Positions 59,777-64,000 of a stretch of 64,000 nucleotides of DNA are shown here, piece after piece. A program made the translations under genes and the position numbers. Source of the DNA: an uncultured Bacteroidota bacterium (lineage in GTDB: Bacteria; Bacteroidota; Bacteroidia; Flavobacteriales; Flavobacteriaceae). The DNA lies in assembly GCA_913062555.1 (NCBI GenBank), contig CAJXVU010000008.1, positions 25,957-89,956 on the forward strand, in the 5' to 3' direction. The notes under the pieces were generated by a model. The model did no database searches and had not been told where the DNA came from. It saw only the letters and a list, made by a program, of their open reading frames with translations. Numbering within the stretch: position 1 is the stretch's first letter; the number at the start of each line of letters is the position of its first letter.

Positions 59777-60529
59777 ATGAATAATATTTTATACAAATAC
59801 ATACTAGGTATTGCAGATAATTGCCTGATTTTAGGACAACGACTAGGTGAGTTGTGTGGTCATGGGCCTAGCCTGGAAACGGACATTGCTTGTACTAATA
59901 TTTCATTAGATTTATTTGGACAAGTACGTAGTTATTATCAATATGCTAGTCAAATACAGGGTGAAGGAAAATCGGAAGATGATATTGCAATGTTACGTCC
60001 AGAACGTGAATATTTAAATGTCTTGTTGGTAGAACAACCAAATACGGATTTTGCTTATGTTATGACGAGACAATTCTTGTTTGACATGTATCATTATCTG
60101 TTTCTTCAGAAGTTGCAGGAAAGTAATGACAATACATTAGAAGCAATTGCCAAAAAATCAATCAAAGAGGTCTCCTATCATTTGCGATTCTCTTCAGATT
60201 GGATAAAGCGTTTGGGTGATGGTACTCAGGAAAGCCATGATAGGATTCAGCTAGCAGTTAATGATTTATGGGTCTATACAGATGAGCTATTTCATCAAAC
60301 AGAAGACGATAAGGTGATGGTTTCAAATGGTGTTGGTGTGGATACCTCTGTCTTAAAAGATAATTATTATAATAGTGTTTCTGAAGTTTTAATTTCAGCG
60401 ACTATAGAAGTTCCTGAATCCAAGTATTTTCAAAAAGGAGGAAAACTAGGGATTCATACTGAACATTTAGGGTTTTTGTTATCAGACATGCAATATATGC
60501 AACGCGCGTATCCTAATATGAGCTGGTAA
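59777..60529 (+). CDS. paaC: Phenylacetyl-CoA epoxidase subunit PaaC
   Basis: 250 aa. Called from position and from the ferritin-like helical pattern (LGDNCLILGQRLGEW-type N-terminus). Confidence 0.85.
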   Translation: MNNILYKYILGIADNCLILGQRLGELCGHGPSLETDIACTNISLDLFGQVRSYYQYASQIQGEGKSEDDIAMLRPEREYLNVLLVEQPNTDFAYVMTRQFLFDMYHYLFLQKLQESNDNTLEAIAKKSIKEVSYHLRFSSDWIKRLGDGTQESHDRIQLAVNDLWVYTDELFHQTEDDKVMVSNGVGVDTSVLKDNYYNSVSEVLISATIEVPESKYFQKGGKLGIHTEHLGFLLSDMQYMQRAYPNMSW

Positions 60530-60554
60530 ATATTTTGATGATTTGGTTTAACTA

Positions 60555-61070
60555 ATGAATATGGATGAATTAATTGAACATGCCGAGATAGATGGTGAAT
60601 TAATCCCAATACTGGATGAGGTAGCCGATCCTGAAATTCCCGTATTAACAGTGTTAGATATGGGCGTGATACGTTATGCTAAAATTATTAAAACTAGGGA
60701 GGCAATTGTAAAATTAACCCCTACCTATAGTGGTTGTCCGGCAATGGATGTCATAGCTGATGATATTACTGATGCATTTACGAAAGCAGGATTTAAAGTA
60801 AGCATTGAGTTGCTCCTTGCACCAGCATGGTCAACAGATTGGATTTCTGAAAGAGGACGAAACGCTATGGAAGCTTATGGTATTGCAGCTCCACTGAATC
60901 CAATTGCTGATAAAGCGGCGCTTTTAGATGGTGAAAAAATAGTAAAATGTACCCTTTGCGGGTCTATAAATACAAAATTAGTGAGTCAGTTTGGTTCAAC
61001 AGCATGTAAGGCATTATTTAAATGTGAAGATTGTTTAGAGCCCTTCGACTATTTTAAATGTTTAAAATGA
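60555..61070 (+). CDS. paaD: Phenylacetate-CoA oxygenase subunit PaaD (DUF59/SufT-like plus C-terminal Cys cluster)
   Basis: DPEIPVLTVLDMGVIR is a DUF59 motif. C-terminal CxxC...CxxC pattern. 171 aa. Confidence 0.85.
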   Translation: MNMDELIEHAEIDGELIPILDEVADPEIPVLTVLDMGVIRYAKIIKTREAIVKLTPTYSGCPAMDVIADDITDAFTKAGFKVSIELLLAPAWSTDWISERGRNAMEAYGIAAPLNPIADKAALLDGEKIVKCTLCGSINTKLVSQFGSTACKALFKCEDCLEPFDYFKCLK

Positions 61071-61191
61071 CGAATTATTGATTTGTCACCCTGAGCTCTT
61101 GTGCTGAGTATAACCGAAGTATGATTCAGGATCTTATTAAAGAAGTTAATGTTTAATTAAAAAGATTCCTGCTATGGTAGGAATAATAGGT

Positions 61192-61974
61192 ATGAGCAAT
61201 TCAATTGAATTAAAAATTGAACATAATATAGCGTATATAGCGCTGAATAGACCAGAGGTATTCAATAGTTTCAATCGGGAAATGGCATTGCGCTTGCAAA
61301 GTATTTTGGATGACTGTGAAGCTAATGATGCTGTAAGAGCGATTGTGTTAACAGGAAACGGAAAAGCATTTTGTGCAGGTCAAGACCTCAAAGAGGTAAC
61401 TTCACCCGAACTTAATCCAGGGTTTAAAAAAATACTCGAAGAACATTACAACCCAATTATTTTACGTATTAGAAATATTGAAAAACCAATTATTGGAGCT
61501 GTTAATGGTGTAGCAGCTGGAGCTGGGGCTAATATTGCCTTGGCATGTGATGTTGTTGTTGCCAATGAAAACGCAAATTTTATTCAAGCATTTAGCTTAA
61601 TAGGCTTGATTCCGGATAGTGCAGGATCCTTCTTTTTGCCAAGATTAGTTGGGTTTCAAAAAGCATCGGCCTTAGCCATGTTGGGAGATAAAGTTGGTGC
61701 AAAAGAAGCAGAACGATTGGGGATGATCTATAAATATGTTCCCTCTGATGAGTTTGAAGAAACAATTAATAAATTGGCTTTAAAAATGGCAAACATGCCT
61801 ACAAAAGCCTTAGGGTTAATAAAGAAAACGTTCAACCAATCATTGTCAAATAATTTAGAAACTCAGTTAGAATTAGAATCAAAACATCAAATAGAAGCTG
61901 CAGGAACAAACGATTATGCAGAAGGCGTAAATGCTTTTATTGAAAAAAGAAAACCTAATTTTAAAGGGCGTTGA
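61192..61974 (+). CDS. paaG: Enoyl-CoA hydratase/isomerase (PaaG-like)
   Basis: Crotonase fold with FCAGQDLKE and AVNGVAAGAGANIALACD. The ATG at 61192 is preferred over 61174, which lies inside a small repeat-like hairpin. Confidence 0.8.
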   Translation: MSNSIELKIEHNIAYIALNRPEVFNSFNREMALRLQSILDDCEANDAVRAIVLTGNGKAFCAGQDLKEVTSPELNPGFKKILEEHYNPIILRIRNIEKPIIGAVNGVAAGAGANIALACDVVVANENANFIQAFSLIGLIPDSAGSFFLPRLVGFQKASALAMLGDKVGAKEAERLGMIYKYVPSDEFEETINKLALKMANMPTKALGLIKKTFNQSLSNNLETQLELESKHQIEAAGTNDYAEGVNAFIEKRKPNFKGR

Positions 61975-62007
61975 TAAATCAACAATCTCAAACAAAGAAT
62001 TGAGTTC

Positions 62008-62943
62008 ATGAACAAAGAAACGCTAATAGAAGTACATAATCGTGTGAAACCATACATTCACAGAACACCTGTATTGACATCTGGTTTGATCAATGATATT
62101 GTTGGAGCTAAAGTATATTTTAAGTGTGAGAACTTTCAAAAAATGGGAGCCTTTAAAATGCGTGGTGCAGCCAATGCTATTTTGAGTCTTTCAGAAGTCT
62201 CAAGAAATAAAGGAGTAGTGACGCATTCTTCAGGGAATTTTGCACAAGCCTTATCATTAGCGGCAAATAAAATTGGCGTCGATGCTTTTATTGTGATGCC
62301 CAAAAATGCACCACAAGTAAAAAAGAATGCCGTAAAAGGCTATGGTGGAAATATTATTGAAAGTGAATCGACTCCCGTTGCTCGTGAGGAAATGGCCAAT
62401 AAAGTGCGTCGAGATACCGGCGCAACATTTATTCATCCCTCAAATGATGACGATGTTATTCTTGGGCAAGGAACAGCAGCGATTGAACTACTGGAGGAAC
62501 AACCAAATTTGGACTGTATTTTTACACCAGTAGGAGGCGGAGGCTTAATTGCTGGAACAGCGCTAGTGGCAAAATATTTTTCAAATAAATGTAAAGTTAT
62601 TGGAGGAGAACCCACTAATGCTGATGATGCTTTTCGATCGCTCCAAAGTGGAAAGATTGAATATAATGAGACCACAAATACAATTGCGGATGGTTTAAGA
62701 ACAAATTTAGGTGATCGTAATTTTCCAATTATTAAAACGGAAGTTGAATGCATAATTTTAGTAAATGAAGAAGACATAATTGAAGCCATGCAATTGGTAT
62801 GGGAACGCATGAAAATTATCATTGAACCGTCTAGTGCGGTTGCATTTGCGGCGTTGCTAAAAGAAAAAGAAAAATTTAAAAATAAAACCATCGGAATTAT
62901 TGTTTCCGGCGGAAATGTGGATGTAACTAATCTGCCATTTTAA
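62008..62943 (+). CDS. PLP-dependent serine/threonine dehydratase / serine racemase-like enzyme
   Basis: FKCENFQKMGAFKMRGA (PLP lysine region) and the GGGGLIAG loop. 311 aa. Confidence 0.8.
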   Translation: MNKETLIEVHNRVKPYIHRTPVLTSGLINDIVGAKVYFKCENFQKMGAFKMRGAANAILSLSEVSRNKGVVTHSSGNFAQALSLAANKIGVDAFIVMPKNAPQVKKNAVKGYGGNIIESESTPVAREEMANKVRRDTGATFIHPSNDDDVILGQGTAAIELLEEQPNLDCIFTPVGGGGLIAGTALVAKYFSNKCKVIGGEPTNADDAFRSLQSGKIEYNETTNTIADGLRTNLGDRNFPIIKTEVECIILVNEEDIIEAMQLVWERMKIIIEPSSAVAFAALLKEKEKFKNKTIGIIVSGGNVDVTNLPF

Positions 62944-62952
62944 TATATAAAT

Positions 62953-64000
62953 ATGAATGTAGGAATTATTGGTTCTGGAACAATGGGAAGTGGTATAGCA
63001 CAAGTTGCCGCTACATCTGGTTGTAAGGTTAAATTATATGATACCAGTCAAGAGGCTTTGGATAAAAGTAAAGTAGCTTTACAAAAAGTGTTAGCTCGAC
63101 TTGTTGTAAAAGGACGAATCTCTGATCCAGAGAAAGAAAGCATTCAAAGTCATATTTCTTATGTGAGTAATTTGAAAGATTTAAGCGATTCTAACTTAAC
63201 CATTGAAGCCATAATTGAAAATTTAGAGATTAAGAAAAAAGTGTTTTTTGAACTGGAAAGCTATGTTTCTGATGATTGTATTATCGCATCAAACACCTCA
63301 AGTTTATCAATTGCATCAATCGCATCATCCTTACAAAAGCCAGAACGCTGTATAGGGATCCATTTTTTTAATCCTGCACCATTAATGAAGTTGGTTGAAG
63401 TGATACCAGCTATTCAAACCTCCAATGAAGTACTTAAGGTTGCCGTGGCGACTATTAATGATTGGAAGAAAACAGTAGCCATAGCAAAAGATACACCCGG
63501 ATTTATTGTCAATCGTGTAGCTCGGCCTTTCTATGGAGAATCACTTCGGATTTATGAAGAAGGACTAGCTAGTTTTGCAACGATCGATTGGAGTTTGAAA
63601 TCTTTAGGGCACTTTAGAATGGGGCCTTTTGAATTGATGGATTTTATAGGCAATGATGTCAATTATACGGTGACTGAAACTGTGTTTACAGCTTTTTATT
63701 TTGACCCGAGATATAAACCGGCATTTACACAAAAACGATTTGCTGAAGCCGGATATTTAGGACGCAAATCTGGAAAAGGCTATTACGATTATGATGAAAA
63801 TGGTAAAGCCATTTCGAACGAAAACGAGAAATCTCATGACAGTGAATTAGAAAAGCAAATATTTGAAAGAGTTTTAGTTATGCTTATAAATGAAGCCGCT
63901 GATGCCTTGTTTTTAAATATTGCATCCGCTCAAGATATTGATAATGCAATGACCAAAGGCGTTAACTATCCGAAGGGATTGCTAGCTTGGGCAGACGAAA
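62953..64000 (+). CDS. paaH: 3-hydroxyacyl-CoA dehydrogenase (PaaH-like), truncated by the window edge
   Basis: This ORF is not in the track because it runs off the end. ATG at 62953; MNVGIIGSGTMGSGIAQVAA is a Rossmann motif; later IGIHFFNPAPLMKLVEV and GFIVNRVARPFY. Confidence 0.85.
   Translation, partial: MNVGIIGSGTMGSGIAQVAATSGCKVKLYDTSQEALDKSKVALQKVLARLVVKGRISDPEKESIQSHISYVSNLKDLSDSNLTIEAIIENLEIKKKVFFELESYVSDDCIIASNTSSLSIASIASSLQKPERCIGIHFFNPAPLMKLVEVIPAIQTSNEVLKVAVATINDWKKTVAIAKDTPGFIVNRVARPFYGESLRIYEEGLASFATIDWSLKSLGHFRMGPFELMDFIGNDVNYTVTETVFTAFYFDPRYKPAFTQKRFAEAGYLGRKSGKGYYDYDENGKAISNENEKSHDSELEKQIFERVLVMLINEAADALFLNIASAQDIDNAMTKGVNYPKGLLAWADE

Noticed and set aside
61081-61195. Short GC-richer element (tgtcaccctgagc...) with the hairpin attcct-N8-aggaat between paaD and paaG; a loosely similar patch (gagcgaagtaaggg...gccctatagggc) at about 33391-33450
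   Set aside because: It resembles the small intergenic repeat families common in Bacteroidota. There are only two degenerate instances here and nothing to suggest function. Its main relevance is that it argues for the paaG start at 61192.
62433-62891. 152-aa minus-strand ORF
   Set aside because: It is fully antisense to the PLP-enzyme gene, which has clear catalytic motifs.
1-64000. CRISPR arrays, tRNA, rRNA, integrase/transposase genes and classic defence genes (restriction-modification, helicase-nuclease, toxin-antitoxin)
   Set aside because: I scanned the intergenic regions and the ORF translations by eye. I found no regularly spaced short repeats, no T-loop-like GTTCGAATC motifs in non-coding DNA and no recombinase or nuclease signatures. 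A computational scan (tRNAscan-SE, Infernal, a CRISPR finder) is still advisable.

Overview
Low-GC chromosomal window from a Bacteroidota organism, probably Flavobacteriaceae. Supporting signs are T9SS C-terminal sorting domains, TAnnTTTG-type -7 promoter boxes, a GSCFA gene and MoxR/BatA-type operons. Coding density is high and I call about 47 CDS. In order they are: a DUF4159-MoxR-DUF58-BatA_N-large membrane protein operon; a TldD/PmbA pair; a 1797-aa T9SS surface protein; a copZ-copA-HMA/AraC copper cluster; a BNR/sortilin-like protein; an NAD-type formate dehydrogenase operon (fdhD, NuoE/F-like, alpha) ending in an ADA2-like lipoprotein gene; an S41 peptidase with an ECF sigma/anti-sigma/DUF4097 module; housekeeping genes era, der and alaS; M23 and MerR genes; a GSCFA gene; and a TetR-controlled paaEABCD-paaG-(PLP enzyme)-paaH phenylacetate cluster that runs off the right edge. 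I found no rRNA, tRNA, CRISPR array, integrase, transposase or recognisable defence genes. The best candidate for something undescribed is a 7.77-kb segment (about 47.95-55.5 kb). It is bracketed by a 201-bp near-identical direct repeat that duplicates part of the GSCFA gene 3' region. It carries an AraC-type membrane regulator and four exported proteins: a tiny T9SS cargo, a small beta-barrel, a trimeric fibre-like protein with phage tail-fibre motifs, and a beta-propeller/FN3/cadherin/DUF1566 protein. Other points worth a second look are in-frame 492-bp repeats flanking a glycine-rich (ALK/LTK-like) module in the giant adhesin, a Tat signal on only one subunit of the TldD/PmbA pair, and a shared palindromic operator in front of the tetR and paaE promoters. 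All family assignments rest on motifs read by eye and on recall, and no searches were run. Domain boundaries and percent identities are approximate.
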